Positions 7,633-17,301 of a stretch of 32,050 nucleotides of DNA are shown piece after piece; within the stretch, counting starts at the first letter, position 1, and every line of letters begins with the position of its first letter. A program made the translations under genes and the position numbers. Below the pieces are notes generated by a model, which saw nothing but the letters and a program-made list of their open reading frames with translations, was not told where the DNA came from and made no database searches. This DNA is from Acidobacteriota bacterium. Lineage in GTDB: Bacteria > Acidobacteriota > Thermoanaerobaculia > Multivoradales > J023. Where the stretch lies: NCBI GenBank assembly GCA_039029035.1, contig JBCCGX010000002.1, positions 1-32,050 on the forward strand. The letters run 5' to 3'.

Positions 7633-8382
7633 ATGAAAACGACCCTTCTGCCGACCGACGACGCGGTGACGCTCGAATTCGAAGCGGTGCCGGAGGTGGA
7701 GAAGTTCTTCACCGACGTCAAGGCGCAAGCCGGCTTCTATATCCAGCTCAATCGTGAGCTCAAGCAATACCAGCGCCTCACCTTCACCGCTATGGCGCCG
7801 CCGGCCTTCGAGTTCGGCTTCGAAGCCGAAGTGATCCAGGTCGTGCCTGGGCACGCTGGCTGGGGAACCGCCTTTCAGCTCTGCTGGCGGCCCGGACAGT
7901 CCGAGGAGCTCGATCGCAAGCTGAAAGGCCGTTCCCGGCGCGACAACAAAGACGACGCCTCGGTCAACTCGCCGCTGTTTCGCATCAAGAACATGAATCC
8001 CACCGAGCGTTTCCTGCTCGCTACCAAGGCTTCGCGGACCGAGCGCCAGATCCTGCTGCGAGATACTGCACCCCAGGTCCTGCTCGGCCTGCTAGCCCAT
8101 CCCCGGTTGGAGGCCAAGGAAGTTCTGGAACTGGTCAAGTCGGCCCACGCTACGGGGGCTATGATGGACCGGGTGGCGGGCAACCGCAAATGGATGTCGA
8201 ACCCCGAAGTGCAGCTAGCTATTCTCAAGAGCCCCAAGACCTCGCCGCCTCTGGCGATCAAACTGCTCGAGACCGCTCGCACCCAGGATCTGCGGATGCT
8301 GGCTAAGAGCTCCGCAACGCGCGAGCAGGTGCGCCGCGCCGCGCTGCGGGTCTACCTCAAGCGCACCGGGCAGAAGAAGTAG
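7633..8382 (+). CDS. Hypothetical protein: small N-terminal beta domain plus a C-terminal helical (HEAT/LRV-like) repeat region
   Basis: In-frame ATG 7633 of the 388-aa track ORF; the upstream part is Arg/Pro-rich antisense of the HD gene. It has repeated helical units (..APQVLLGLLAHPRLEAKEVLELV..NPEVQLAILKSPKTSPPLAIKLL..). The family is not identified. Confidence 0.8.
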   Translation: MKTTLLPTDDAVTLEFEAVPEVEKFFTDVKAQAGFYIQLNRELKQYQRLTFTAMAPPAFEFGFEAEVIQVVPGHAGWGTAFQLCWRPGQSEELDRKLKGRSRRDNKDDASVNSPLFRIKNMNPTERFLLATKASRTERQILLRDTAPQVLLGLLAHPRLEAKEVLELVKSAHATGAMMDRVAGNRKWMSNPEVQLAILKSPKTSPPLAIKLLETARTQDLRMLAKSSATREQVRRAALRVYLKRTGQKK

Positions 8383-8399
8383 ACCGAGTAGGAGAGCTG

Positions 8400-9128
8400 T
8401 CAGGAGAGCTTCGGAAAGAGGTAGCCGAAGCCGCGCCGGGTGAGAATGTAGTGCGGCTTGCGCGGTGAGGCCTCGATTTTCTTGCGTAGCCGGTAGACGT
8501 GTGTCCTGAGGGTGTCTTCGTAGACGTCTTCGTTGGGCCACAGGCGTCGCAGCAGAAATCCTGTGAGCATAGTGTGCCCAGCGTTGCGCATCAGGATGTA
8601 GAGCAGCTTGTTCTCCGTCGGCGTGAGCACAACCGGCTGGCCAGAGACCCAAGCGGTCTGGCGGGCGAATTCGATTTCCAGCCGATCATCGATCCGCGCT
8701 CGGGGCTCCTGGGCATAGGAGAAATCGCCGATTCGCCGTAGCAGGCGCTCGACCCGAACGATGACCTCAGCCGGCTCGAAAGGCTTGACGATGTAATCTT
8801 CTGCCAGTCGGCGTATGGTGTCGACAACCGTGCGGGTGTCACTCACCCCGGTCAACATGATGATCGGCAGATCGATGAACTCCTGGATCCGAGCGCAAAG
8901 CTCGATACCGGTCATGCCCGGCATCATGATGTCGATCACTGCTAGATGGGGTAAGCCGCGAGTCTCCAGAATCTCTAGCGCTTCCTGGCCGGACGAAGCC
9001 GACCAGACCTTGTACCCAGCAAGCTCGAACTCCGAACGCAGTAGCTCGGAGATCGCCAGATCGTCGTCGACCGTCAAAATACGATGATTGGCCTGCGGCC
9101 AGACCGCGGAGTCGCTCGGCATGCTCAT
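8400..9128 (-). CDS. OmpR/PhoB-family response regulator (receiver + winged-helix DNA-binding domain)
   Basis: Receiver features are ILTVDDD, AVIDIMMPGMTG and YIVKPF. The C-terminal trans_reg_C pattern is LTPTENKLLYILMRNAGHTMLTGFLLRRLW...LRTHVYRLRKKIE...ILTRRGFGY. Confidence 0.95.
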   Translation of the reverse strand: MSMPSDSAVWPQANHRILTVDDDLAISELLRSEFELAGYKVWSASSGQEALEILETRGLPHLAVIDIMMPGMTGIELCARIQEFIDLPIIMLTGVSDTRTVVDTIRRLAEDYIVKPFEPAEVIVRVERLLRRIGDFSYAQEPRARIDDRLEIEFARQTAWVSGQPVVLTPTENKLLYILMRNAGHTMLTGFLLRRLWPNEDVYEDTLRTHVYRLRKKIEASPRKPHYILTRRGFGYLFPKLS

Positions 9129-9227
9129 CCCCCCAGAGGTGGCGGAGAAGCAAACTACCTGCCGTTCGATTCCTTCCCCTTGTTCGCCAGGGCCTCACCA
9201 GCGAAGCGCCGCATAGCGAATTGGGCA

Positions 9228-9256
9228 ATTATAACGATTGCAGCCGAATGGTACAA
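9228..9256 (-). promoter_or_regulatory. Candidate sigma-70-type promoter for the OmpR-family regulator gene
   Basis: The minus strand reads TTGTAC - 17 nt - TATAAT (perfect -10 at 9233-9228, -35 at 9256-9251), about 100 nt upstream of ATG 9128 in an AT-richer spacer. Confidence 0.4.
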
Positions 9257-9270
9257 TTAGACGCCCAAAT

Positions 9271-9759
9271 TCAAGAGATCTGTGGAACACCCACCGTGCG
9301 ACTGGCCTTCCACGGGTAGTGGTTCCAATCCAGCCAGTAGCCACCGATATCGTTCATCAACTGAGCGAATTCAGCAAAATCGATCGGTTTGACCAAGTAG
9401 CTGTTGGCCCGGTGGTTGTAAGCTCGGCCGACATCCGTATCGGCACGGGACGTAGTCAAGATCACGATGGGCATCTCGTCGAACTGGCCTGAAGTCCTGA
9501 CCTGGTTGAGCACGTCGAGTCCGTCCACTTTGGGTAAGCGCAGATCGAGCAAGACCATCTGTGGGCGGGGGAATTGTTCGGTGTCGGCATAGGCTCCGCG
9601 GCCGAACAAGTAGTCTAGCGCTGCTTCGCCATCGCTAATGTGAGTGATCTGAGCTGCCGGGTGGTTCCTGAAGCTACGCATGACCAATTCGGCATGATCA
9701 TCATTGTCCTCGACGAGCAAGATATGAACCGGGTAACTGATCTCGAGGTTTTTCGTCAC
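9271..9759 (-). CDS. Single-domain CheY-like response regulator (Rcp1-like class with C-terminal W-x3-N tail)
   Basis: Contains ILLVEDNDDHAELV, MVLLDLRLPKVDG, YLVKPIDFAEF and GGYWLDWN. I prefer GTG 9759 (AAGGAA 6 nt upstream); the ORF is open up to ATG 9933, so the start is ambiguous. Confidence 0.9.
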   Translation of the reverse strand: MTKNLEISYPVHILLVEDNDDHAELVMRSFRNHPAAQITHISDGEAALDYLFGRGAYADTEQFPRPQMVLLDLRLPKVDGLDVLNQVRTSGQFDEMPIVILTTSRADTDVGRAYNHRANSYLVKPIDFAEFAQLMNDIGGYWLDWNHYPWKASRTVGVPQIS

Positions 9760-9942
9760 GGCGATTTCCTTGGCGGTGGTTCCGAGGGGTTGAACAAGCT
9801 TTTGGACGAGAGGACGGTGTCCGAGAGACCTGCCTGTCGAAGGTCGGGCAGAGACGGCTTGGCCCCGGGGCAAGGGTGCGGTTTCGCTGTCCCAAAGCGA
9901 GGCCGCTGGAAAGATCTGAGGGGAGTATTGCATCGCAGTAAC

Positions 9943-9960
9943 ATGACGTTACCTATGACA
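9943..9960 (-). promoter_or_regulatory. Site A: phased direct repeat TGTCAT-N6-CGTCAT (minus-strand reading)
   Basis: Plus strand ATGACGttacctATGACA in a 12-bp register. It lies upstream of, and co-oriented with, the CheY-like regulator gene: 184 nt from GTG 9759, or 10 nt from ATG 9933. Confidence 0.5.
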
Positions 9961-10264
9961 GCACGAACCCATAAGAGTGCGTCATCGGGCGGGCACCATC
10001 GGGCCCCACGACAGCTGGGCTGGGGCAGCGAGGCGGATACTCGGCTCGTCGCGCCGGGTGATCAGACCTGGGATGGGGGGAAAAGACTGCGCCAAACAAG
10101 GAGGGGCGCCGCCCCGCGAGCGGGCGGCGCGAAGCTACAATCGACTTCCGCCAGGACGGCGTAAAGAGGCTCGTAGCAGCGGTGAGGTCAGGGCTGGAGA
10201 GAGTGAGCCCCGACAAACGTTGCGGAGGTTGAGGTAGGCTTCATCGGACTTGGCGATGGGCGGC

Positions 10265-11650
10265 TCATGCAGCCGCCTGGGGTGTGGCGATCGAAGTTTC
10301 ATCCAGCGCTACGAGTTGCTCGAGCTTGCGCTGCAATTGCTCGTGGCGAAAGGGCTTCTTCAGAAAGTCGATGTCGCGAGCTCCACCGAGCAGCTCACTG
10401 AGGGTCTCGCGATCCTGGGTGTAGCCGGAAATGAAGACGATCTTGGTCTCCGGGCGGTCCGCCTTGATCGTCTGCGCCAGCTCCAGCCCGTCCATGCGCG
10501 GCATGACGATGTCGGTCAGCAGGAGGTCGATCGGACCGTCATGCTGCTGGGCCAGCTCGACGGCGGCGACGCCGTCCGCCGCAGCCAGCACATGCCAGTT
10601 CCTCTGTTGTAGGAAAGCCCTGAGCACCAGCTGCATGGTGGGGTCGTCTTCGGCCAACAGCAAGGTTCCCGGCCGGCGTTGGTGTTCGACTTGGCGTATC
10701 GCCGACTCAGCCGGCTGCTGGTTGCTTGCCCTGGGCTCCTGAGCTACCGCGGTTCGAGGAAGATAGACCCTGAAGACGGAGCCGCGACCCGGTTGACTCT
10801 CGACGCGGATCTGGCCGCCGCTCTGCTTGACCCAGCCGTAAACCATCGACAGCCCGAGGCCGGTGCCGTTGAGGTTGGCCTTGGTCGAGAAGTAAGGCTC
10901 GAAGATTTTTTCGTAGCTCGATTCGTCGATCCCGTAGCCAGTGTCGCGTACCTCCAGCAGTACATAGCGGCCGCGGTGAATCCCGAAGTGAGCAGGGGAA
11001 AGGTGGTCGAGGGTCAGCTCGCGGGTCTTGAATGTCAGGCGTCCGCCCTCCGGCATAGCTTTGAGGGCGTTGGCTGCGAGCTGCGCCAGGATCGCCTCCG
11101 CTTGGTTGGGGTCGACGCGTACAGCGTCCGGGCCGGCTCGTAGGTCGACCTCGACCTCGACCGTGTCTGGCACCTCGGGGAGCAGTTGCCGTGCCGCCGC
11201 AGAGACGATGGGATCGAGAAGCACAGGTCGGCAATCGAGCAACTGCTGCTGACTGAAAGCGAGCAGCTTCTTGACCTGATCGCTGGCCAGATGTGCAGAG
11301 TTGGCAATCTTCTCTAGGTAGAGAGCCCGATCATCGCTGGATTCGCTGTGGCTCGCTAAGTCACAGAAACCAACGATGCCGGCCAGCAGGTTGTTGAAGT
11401 TGTGCGCCACGCCGCCGGTCACCCGGGCGATCGCTTCCATCTTCTGAGCTTGCGCAAGCTGGCGAATTTGTCGCTTGCCGACCGCCATCGGCTCCGTTGG
11501 GACCCCCGACTGAGAGGGCTCGACCGAGCGTCGCCGCCGTGAGCGACGGCTGGCTGGTCTGCTCTGATCGGCAGCCGTTGGTGTGAGCAGCCGTAGATCG
11601 AGCAAGGGATCGTGCGCGGGCAGATGTGCGAGTCTCTCAACGGACGACAT
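10265..11650 (-). CDS. Soluble hybrid histidine kinase (HisKA-HATPase_c-REC) with no recognisable sensor domain
   Basis: H-box is GGVAHNFNNLLAGIVG and the ATPase G-boxes are RDTGYGID and GTGLGLSMVYG. The C-terminal receiver has LLLAEDDP, LLLTDIVMPRMDG and FLKKPF. There is no TM segment. Confidence 0.93.
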   Translation of the reverse strand: MSSVERLAHLPAHDPLLDLRLLTPTAADQSRPASRRSRRRRSVEPSQSGVPTEPMAVGKRQIRQLAQAQKMEAIARVTGGVAHNFNNLLAGIVGFCDLASHSESSDDRALYLEKIANSAHLASDQVKKLLAFSQQQLLDCRPVLLDPIVSAAARQLLPEVPDTVEVEVDLRAGPDAVRVDPNQAEAILAQLAANALKAMPEGGRLTFKTRELTLDHLSPAHFGIHRGRYVLLEVRDTGYGIDESSYEKIFEPYFSTKANLNGTGLGLSMVYGWVKQSGGQIRVESQPGRGSVFRVYLPRTAVAQEPRASNQQPAESAIRQVEHQRRPGTLLLAEDDPTMQLVLRAFLQQRNWHVLAAADGVAAVELAQQHDGPIDLLLTDIVMPRMDGLELAQTIKADRPETKIVFISGYTQDRETLSELLGGARDIDFLKKPFRHEQLQRKLEQLVALDETSIATPQAAA

Positions 11651-11754
11651 GACTTCCCTTCCTAAACACTACGCGGGCCTACCGGTGCCCTCGACGGCTC
11701 GTTCGGCGCTATGGGGTGACCGCCGAGTTGATTGGGCTACTAGACCGCATCAAA

Positions 11755-11772
11755 ATGACGTTCCAGATGACG
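11755..11772 (-). promoter_or_regulatory. Site B: exact direct repeat CGTCAT-N6-CGTCAT (minus-strand reading)
   Basis: Plus strand ATGACGttccagATGACG, about 105 nt upstream of, and co-oriented with, the hybrid kinase start at 11650. Confidence 0.55.
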
Positions 11773-11855
11773 CGTCGATGGTTTTTCTGGCCGGGTTGTG
11801 AGAGGCGACCGCGAGCTGTGCCACAGCCCGCAGCAGACTCGGTAAAGGGCTCGGC

Positions 11856-12281
11856 TCAGGTCGCTGCACCGTCGTCGTGCGGCTCCACCGGCACTTCGAT
11901 CAATTGCTCTTCGCCGAAGGGCAAGCAGAGGCTCATAGCATCGGCCGCCTCGTACTCGACCTGGAACTCGCCCAAGCGGTTGCTTCGGGTGGCGGCCAGA
12001 AGCTCGTCGCCGGCGACGAGATAGACCGGTAGGCCGGATAGGGGTTTGAGCGGGTCTTTGCGGTCGGCGAGTTGGCCGACGATCGTTGCAGCAGCGGATT
12101 GGGGTGCTTTGTCGAGCCGTATGTCGAGGCAGAAATCCTCCACTTCATAGAGCAGGTGCCGGCTCGTGGTCCCGCTACGGCGGGTGCCGGCGGCCATGGC
12201 ACGGCTCGCGGTATCGAAAATCAGCTTGGCTTGCATCGGCGTGCGGCGACGTAATATTTCGGATCGGTCGAATCGTTCCAT
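11856..12281 (-). CDS. Hypothetical 141-aa protein, possibly with a small beta-sandwich domain; acidic C-terminus
   Basis: ATG 12281 is preceded by GGAGGA with a 7-nt spacer. The coding-like composition looks good. It is separated from the upstream CHAT gene by a 329-bp spacer that contains site C. No family assignment is possible by eye. Confidence 0.7.
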   Translation of the reverse strand: MERFDRSEILRRRTPMQAKLIFDTASRAMAAGTRRSGTTSRHLLYEVEDFCLDIRLDKAPQSAAATIVGQLADRKDPLKPLSGLPVYLVAGDELLAATRSNRLGEFQVEYEAADAMSLCLPFGEEQLIEVPVEPHDDGAAT

Positions 12282-12485
12282 GATCGATTCCTCCAGGGCG
12301 GAACGGCAGCTGCTCGAAAGACGCTACCAACGAGAAAAGACAAGTCAGGAATGAGTTCTCGAAGCAAGCTAGCGGTTTCCGATCCCAAGAGTCCGATCAG
12401 GCGGCGCTGGCCACGGACTTGAGTCTCTCGCTCAGCTCAAATGATCACTCGACCCTCTCCATGGCAGGCATTAGAGAAAATCAAT

Positions 12486-12514
12486 ATGACGATCTATATG
12501 ACGGGTGCATGACA
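12486..12514 (-). promoter_or_regulatory. Site C: triple direct repeat TGTCAT-N5-CGTCAT-N6-CGTCAT (minus-strand reading)
   Basis: Plus strand ATGACGatctatATGACGggtgcATGACA in 12- and 11-bp registers. It sits in a local AT-rich patch about 205 nt upstream of, and co-oriented with, the 141-aa gene. Confidence 0.55.
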
Positions 12515-12610
12515 TCTTCCGGGGGGCTTTCACACGCTCAACCCTCCCTCGCGCTTGCTCGCTCTACCAACAGAGCCTACTGCTCTAGCCGTCATTTCCG
12601 GCGGGGCCAC

Positions 12611-15541
12611 TTAACAGCCCGCGCAGGGCTTTCCGATCAGGACGAAGGGGGCCCAATGGTAGGGCTGTGGATGGCTCTGGCGGAGCTCCAACATGGCTTG
12701 TCGCACCGCCTCCGCCCGGTCGTCGGTGGTGGCGAGCCGGCGGTATAGCAGGGTCATGAACTCGGCTGTCGAGGCGTCGTTGACATCCCACAAGCTCACC
12801 AGGGCGGAACGTGCGCCGGCGTAGAGCAGACCCCGGGTAAGGCCGATCAGCTCGTCACCGCTTTCGACCGCGTGGGTCCCCGTGGCGCAGCCGGACAGCA
12901 CCACCAACTCGGCCTCCAGCTCTAGCTGGTAGAGATCGAAGAGGGTCAAGCGCGAGGTACCCAGCTGGATGGCCGAGAACATCGGGTTGTCGAGCCGAAA
13001 GAAGCCGTGGGTCGCGATGTGCACCAGCCGACTGGACGGACCGTGGTCGCGCAAGCGGGCCTCGGTGGCCGCTTCGCCGACGAAGAGCTCGGAATCCGGC
13101 AGGGAAGCGGCTACGGCTTCTACTTCGTCGCGGATCTTCGGCGTCAGCTCGTCCGGCACTCCGAGCACCAAGGCGCCGGAGCTGGAGGCTTCGGGCTTGG
13201 CGCAGCACATGGCGAGAACGCTGGCACTCGGAGCGTAAGAGAGGGTAAAGCGATCGATCAGAAAGCGGTCGCCGTCCCAGAAGGCATGGAAGGGGAGGTA
13301 GTGCAATGCGCCGTGCGGCACGATAATCAGCCGGTCCGCTTCGAGGTGCTCTTCGATCGGCGCGACCAGGGCGTCATAGAGCTCACCGAGGTGCGCGAGC
13401 GCGTCGTGGTAGATCCTGGCGCCGAAGACCTCCAGGTAGTCCGGCGTGAGCTGGAACTTGGCCAGCTGGAAATGCAGCAGCTGTTGGTGGGATAGGACCG
13501 CATCGACTTTGCCCAGGGGTTGCACTGTGAGCCGATCGGCGCCAAGCACAGCGACGAAGAAGGTGCCGCGGGCAGCGAAGTACTCGAGCAACAGGGTTGC
13601 TTGAGGCAGCGCGGCGCGCAGAGTCTCGAGGTCGAGGCTGCCGGCGGCCTGCAGCGAGCCGAGCTCTAGGTCGCCTGAACGGATCTCGGCCAGGAGGCGT
13701 AGGACGCGCTCTTCCTGCTCGCGGCAACGCTGCCGCAGATGCGGCAGGTCGCTGGCCGAGACCGCTGTGGGGGTCTCGGTCTGTCGCGGCGCGGTGGCAT
13801 CACGCCGTCCTGTCGGCTCGGCCTGCCGGGCGAGCTTCGATTCGCACAAGTTGATCTGGCGGTAGGTCCAGTTGAGCTCCTCGCGGCGTTGGCGAAGCTC
13901 ATCGACCAGCGCCTGGTGGCTGTGTCTCGCCGCCGGCAAAGCATCGGCGCGGAAGGCGACGAGGTCGGCCAAGCTGCGCGACTTCGCCTGCTCCATGTAG
14001 AGCAGGGCGGCGGCCTGGTCGTCGGCGCTCGGCGCGTCGGCCAAAGTCATCCAGATCAGACTCTCGTAGATCTCGTATTTGTCTTCCAAGAAGGCGATCT
14101 TGAGCTCTTCACCGCGCAGATGGCTGTGCAGGTCTTCCAGCGCCTCATGGGCTTGACGAAAGGTCGCGAGGGCTGCCAGACGATTGCCCAGCGCCTCTTC
14201 CACCTGGCCGAGCAAGTGATACGCGCGGCAGGTCGTGGCCGGTACTTCGATCGCCTGCAACTGCGCGAGAGCCGAGAGGCAAAACTCCCGGGCGGCGCGC
14301 GGCTTGTCTTGGGCCAGTTCGAGGCGAGCCAGGAGCAGTTGGCACAGAACCGCCTTGCCGGCCTGGCCGAAGCGCCGGAAGCGCGCCATCGCTCGGTCAG
14401 CCGATTGCCGGGCTGAAGAGAAGTCTCCTTGCTGTTCGAGGATCAGGGCTCGATAGAGGTCGATCGTTGCCGGCCAGATCCGGTTGCCCTCTTGGCGGAA
14501 GAGCTCGTGTGCCTGGGCGAAGAGCTCGAGCGCCTGTTGCACGACGCCCTGCCGGCCAGCGGCGATGGCGCGGAAGGTCATGGCCTTGGCGGCTTCATAG
14601 CCGTTGCCGAGCTTCTCGAAAGCAGTGAGAGCCCGGTCGGCGAAGTGCGCGCCGTCGGCCGTCAGATTGAGCTCGAGATAGATTTCGGCCTGATCGAGGT
14701 CGCACAGAGAGCTATGGTAAGGATCGGCCAAGTCGGCTAGCTGGTGGCGCGTCTTGCGGTAGAGCTCGAGGGCGCGAATGTACTGGCCGCGCAGGAAGTA
14801 GAGGTAGGCGATGTTGTAGTCAGCCTGGGCAGCAACGGGCCACATCTCATGCTGCTGGCAGTGGTCGGAGAGCTCTTCGTAGGCCGCCAGAGCAGCGGGA
14901 AGCTCGGTCAGCCCGATCCGGCAGACGGCGATGTTGTAGAGTGCCGCGGCGACGTCTTGGGGCTCACCGTCGGTACGAAAGGCGGCCAACACGCGCTCGA
15001 AGCGTTGCAAGGCTTCGCCGAGCTGGCCTTGTCGCATGAAGATCTGCGCTTCGTTGCTGTCCAGCCTGGCGAGCAGCAGCGGTTCCTTGTGTTGCTCGAA
15101 GATCTCCCGCGCCGCGACGGCAGCGGTGAAGGCCGCTTCGTAGCTCCCGACCAGGATCAGTGCGTGGATCGAGCTCGACAACGTGATCGCCGCATCGACC
15201 TCGGCGCCCTGGGCTTGGAAGAGCCGGGTGGCGGCACGGTAGTGCTCGAGGGCGCCGTCGTAGCGCCCGGCGACATAAGCCAGGTTGGCGAGGGACTTGG
15301 CGGCCAGGGCGCGGCCAAAGTCGTCGTCCAGCTCGTCCGCCAGCCAACGGCTGGCGCGCGCCAGCCGCTCGGCCAGCTCACGATCCTGGCGCAGGGCCTT
15401 GAGGACTTCTTGGCTGAGCCGTTCGAGAGCCGTGCGGTTGCGCAGACTCGGGCGTCGGGCGAGCAGCTCGGCTCGTTGGGCATCGCCCTCCAGATGGGCC
15501 AGCTCGTCGATCCAGCGGCCTAGCTGCCCGTCGGTCGCCAA
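12611..15541 (-). CDS. Cytoplasmic TPR-repeat CHAT-domain (caspase-like) protease, paralog 2
   Basis: 976-aa ORF. TTG start at 15541 has GAGGAA 5 nt upstream; there is no in-frame ATG for about 170 codons. It has no signal peptide, a long TPR-like helical-repeat N-half, and a CHAT domain with His in HIATHG and Cys in VVLSGCATG. Confidence 0.95.
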   Translation of the reverse strand: MATDGQLGRWIDELAHLEGDAQRAELLARRPSLRNRTALERLSQEVLKALRQDRELAERLARASRWLADELDDDFGRALAAKSLANLAYVAGRYDGALEHYRAATRLFQAQGAEVDAAITLSSSIHALILVGSYEAAFTAAVAAREIFEQHKEPLLLARLDSNEAQIFMRQGQLGEALQRFERVLAAFRTDGEPQDVAAALYNIAVCRIGLTELPAALAAYEELSDHCQQHEMWPVAAQADYNIAYLYFLRGQYIRALELYRKTRHQLADLADPYHSSLCDLDQAEIYLELNLTADGAHFADRALTAFEKLGNGYEAAKAMTFRAIAAGRQGVVQQALELFAQAHELFRQEGNRIWPATIDLYRALILEQQGDFSSARQSADRAMARFRRFGQAGKAVLCQLLLARLELAQDKPRAAREFCLSALAQLQAIEVPATTCRAYHLLGQVEEALGNRLAALATFRQAHEALEDLHSHLRGEELKIAFLEDKYEIYESLIWMTLADAPSADDQAAALLYMEQAKSRSLADLVAFRADALPAARHSHQALVDELRQRREELNWTYRQINLCESKLARQAEPTGRRDATAPRQTETPTAVSASDLPHLRQRCREQEERVLRLLAEIRSGDLELGSLQAAGSLDLETLRAALPQATLLLEYFAARGTFFVAVLGADRLTVQPLGKVDAVLSHQQLLHFQLAKFQLTPDYLEVFGARIYHDALAHLGELYDALVAPIEEHLEADRLIIVPHGALHYLPFHAFWDGDRFLIDRFTLSYAPSASVLAMCCAKPEASSSGALVLGVPDELTPKIRDEVEAVAASLPDSELFVGEAATEARLRDHGPSSRLVHIATHGFFRLDNPMFSAIQLGTSRLTLFDLYQLELEAELVVLSGCATGTHAVESGDELIGLTRGLLYAGARSALVSLWDVNDASTAEFMTLLYRRLATTDDRAEAVRQAMLELRQSHPQPYHWAPFVLIGKPCAGC

Positions 15542-17301
15542 AATAGTTCCTCAGCATTCCACAGCGTGTGATGCGGCAGGACCGCAGGACGAAAGTTACC
15601 CAGGCTCGACCGAGCACCGACCAGGACGTTGGGGCTCACTAGGCTGAGGACCGGCAGATTCTCGGCCACCAACTCTTGCACTCTGTGGTAGCGTTCCCGC
15701 CGGGCCTCGAGATCGAGGGTGGAGCGTTGCTCGTCCATGAGTCGGTCGATCTCGGCCTGCCAGGCGCCTTCTGGCGCCTGACCCAGGCGCCAGAAGTGAT
15801 TGCTCCCGGAAGAGGTCAGCACACTGACCATGGGATTGGGGCCGCCGCTGCCACCGCCTAGAGCGATCAGACATAACTCGTAATCGAAGCTCTGCAGCAG
15901 GCGTTCGGAAACGGCGCCGAGGCTCAGGGCAGCAACTCGAACCTCGACACCCAATGGGCGCAGATCCTCCTGGATGACAGTGGCGGCCGCCGTCATTTCG
16001 GGCCGGCTGGCGACGGTCAACAGCGACAGCTCCACCCGTTGCCCGCGGTCGTCGTGCAGGCGGCCGGCGTCATCCCAGCCAAACCCGGCCCCGGCGAGCC
16101 GCCGCCGGGCGTCCTCCAGTGAGGTCTTTGGCGGCACCAGATTGGCGCTAGGCCAGTCCCTGCTGCCGGGAGAAACGAGCGCCGCCAGAGGTGTTGCTCG
16201 ACCCTGGAAGACCAGGCGCACCAGGCCTTCGACATCGATCGCTGCGCGCATCGCCCGGCGGAAGGCCAGCTGGCGGAACCAACGCTGCTTGTCCGCAGTG
16301 TTGGGCAGGCCCTTGGATGTGAGGTCGTTGAGGTTGAAGAACAGGAAGTAGAGGTCGAGGCCGGCGCCCAAGTCTGCGAGCTGCAGCTCGCTTTGTGACG
16401 CCTGCCGGTTGAGCAAGGCGAAGTCCGCTGGACTGATGCGATCGGCGATGTCCAGGTCGCCAGACATCAAACGCAGGGTCTGGGCCTCCTTGGCGACGAA
16501 GAGAAAGACTAGCTTATCGAGGTAGGGTAGTGGCTGGCCGGCGGCGTCGCTCCGCCAGTAGAAGGGGTTGCGCTCCAACACCAACCGTTCGCCTGGAACC
16601 ACCTCGCTCAGGCGGAAGGGGCCCAGTCCGGCGATGTCTTGGGGGGCCACATCGAGGCCCCAGGCTTGACGCAAGTGGCCCGCCCGGTAGATCGGCTCGA
16701 GGCGATGGCGGGGCAGGATGGCGATGCCGTCGAACAGGCGTTCGCCAGCGGCGTAGGGTTCCGCTAGCTCGACCTCGACCGTCAGGTCGTCGATTCGCCG
16801 CACGTCTGGTGCCACGCCGCCGACCCGCAAGAGGGCGCGTTCAGGGGAGCCGATGGCTTCATCGAGGTAGACCTCGAAGGAGAAGAGTACGTCATCAGCC
16901 GTCGCCGGATGCCCATCCGAGAAGCGCAGGCCGGGGCGCAGCTGCAGGGTGATGCGCCGCCCGTCTGGTGTCGTCTCCCAAGACTCGGCCAGCGCCGCCA
17001 CGGGCTCCTGGGTCCGACGATCGATGTGCACCAGATTGGCCGTCATGCGATGGACGATCGCGCGCGACTGAAGATCAGTGACGAGCACTGGGTTGAGCGT
17101 CAAGGGCTCGGCCGAGAGCGCGACCACCAGACGCCCACCGGAGTGCCCGATCTCGACCGTCTCGCCAGAGGCCGATCGAACAGGAACCTCGGCCGGCGGC
17201 GTGGCTGGTCGAGTGCACGCCAGAATAGCTAGCAAGGCCGCAGTCAACCGCCAGCGCGGCGCGGCTTGGGCGCGCAGCTCTTTCCCCTTCCCTATTTGCA
17301 T
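15520..17301 (-). CDS. Family-5 (peptide/nickel/opine type, DppA/OppA-like) ABC substrate-binding lipoprotein, orphan
   Basis: The lipoprotein signal ..RLTAALLAILAC is followed by typical SBP_bac_5 content (TLNPVL, LRFSDGHP.TADDV, ERNPFYW). I prefer ATG 17301; GTG 17310 is also open. The stop at 15520 lies 22 nt inside the CHAT-2 ORF. Confidence 0.92.
   Translation of the reverse strand: MQIGKGKELRAQAAPRWRLTAALLAILACTRPATPPAEVPVRSASGETVEIGHSGGRLVVALSAEPLTLNPVLVTDLQSRAIVHRMTANLVHIDRRTQEPVAALAESWETTPDGRRITLQLRPGLRFSDGHPATADDVLFSFEVYLDEAIGSPERALLRVGGVAPDVRRIDDLTVEVELAEPYAAGERLFDGIAILPRHRLEPIYRAGHLRQAWGLDVAPQDIAGLGPFRLSEVVPGERLVLERNPFYWRSDAAGQPLPYLDKLVFLFVAKEAQTLRLMSGDLDIADRISPADFALLNRQASQSELQLADLGAGLDLYFLFFNLNDLTSKGLPNTADKQRWFRQLAFRRAMRAAIDVEGLVRLVFQGRATPLAALVSPGSRDWPSANLVPPKTSLEDARRRLAGAGFGWDDAGRLHDDRGQRVELSLLTVASRPEMTAAATVIQEDLRPLGVEVRVAALSLGAVSERLLQSFDYELCLIALGGGSGGPNPMVSVLTSSGSNHFWRLGQAPEGAWQAEIDRLMDEQRSTLDLEARRERYHRVQELVAENLPVLSLVSPNVLVGARSSLGNFRPAVLPHHTLWNAEELFWRPTGS

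Noticed and set aside
12588-12593. Single plus-strand CGTCAT just downstream of the CHAT-2 stop, and single ATGACG/CGTCAT hexamers inside coding regions (e.g. about 4496 and about 10503)
   Set aside because: They are isolated, unphased copies at about the frequency expected by chance, so they are not counted as sites.
12969-15647. Plus-strand ORFs antisense to CHAT-2 (e.g. 13739-14416, 14744-15523)
   Set aside because: They are shadow ORFs opposite a 976-aa gene with intact CHAT motifs.
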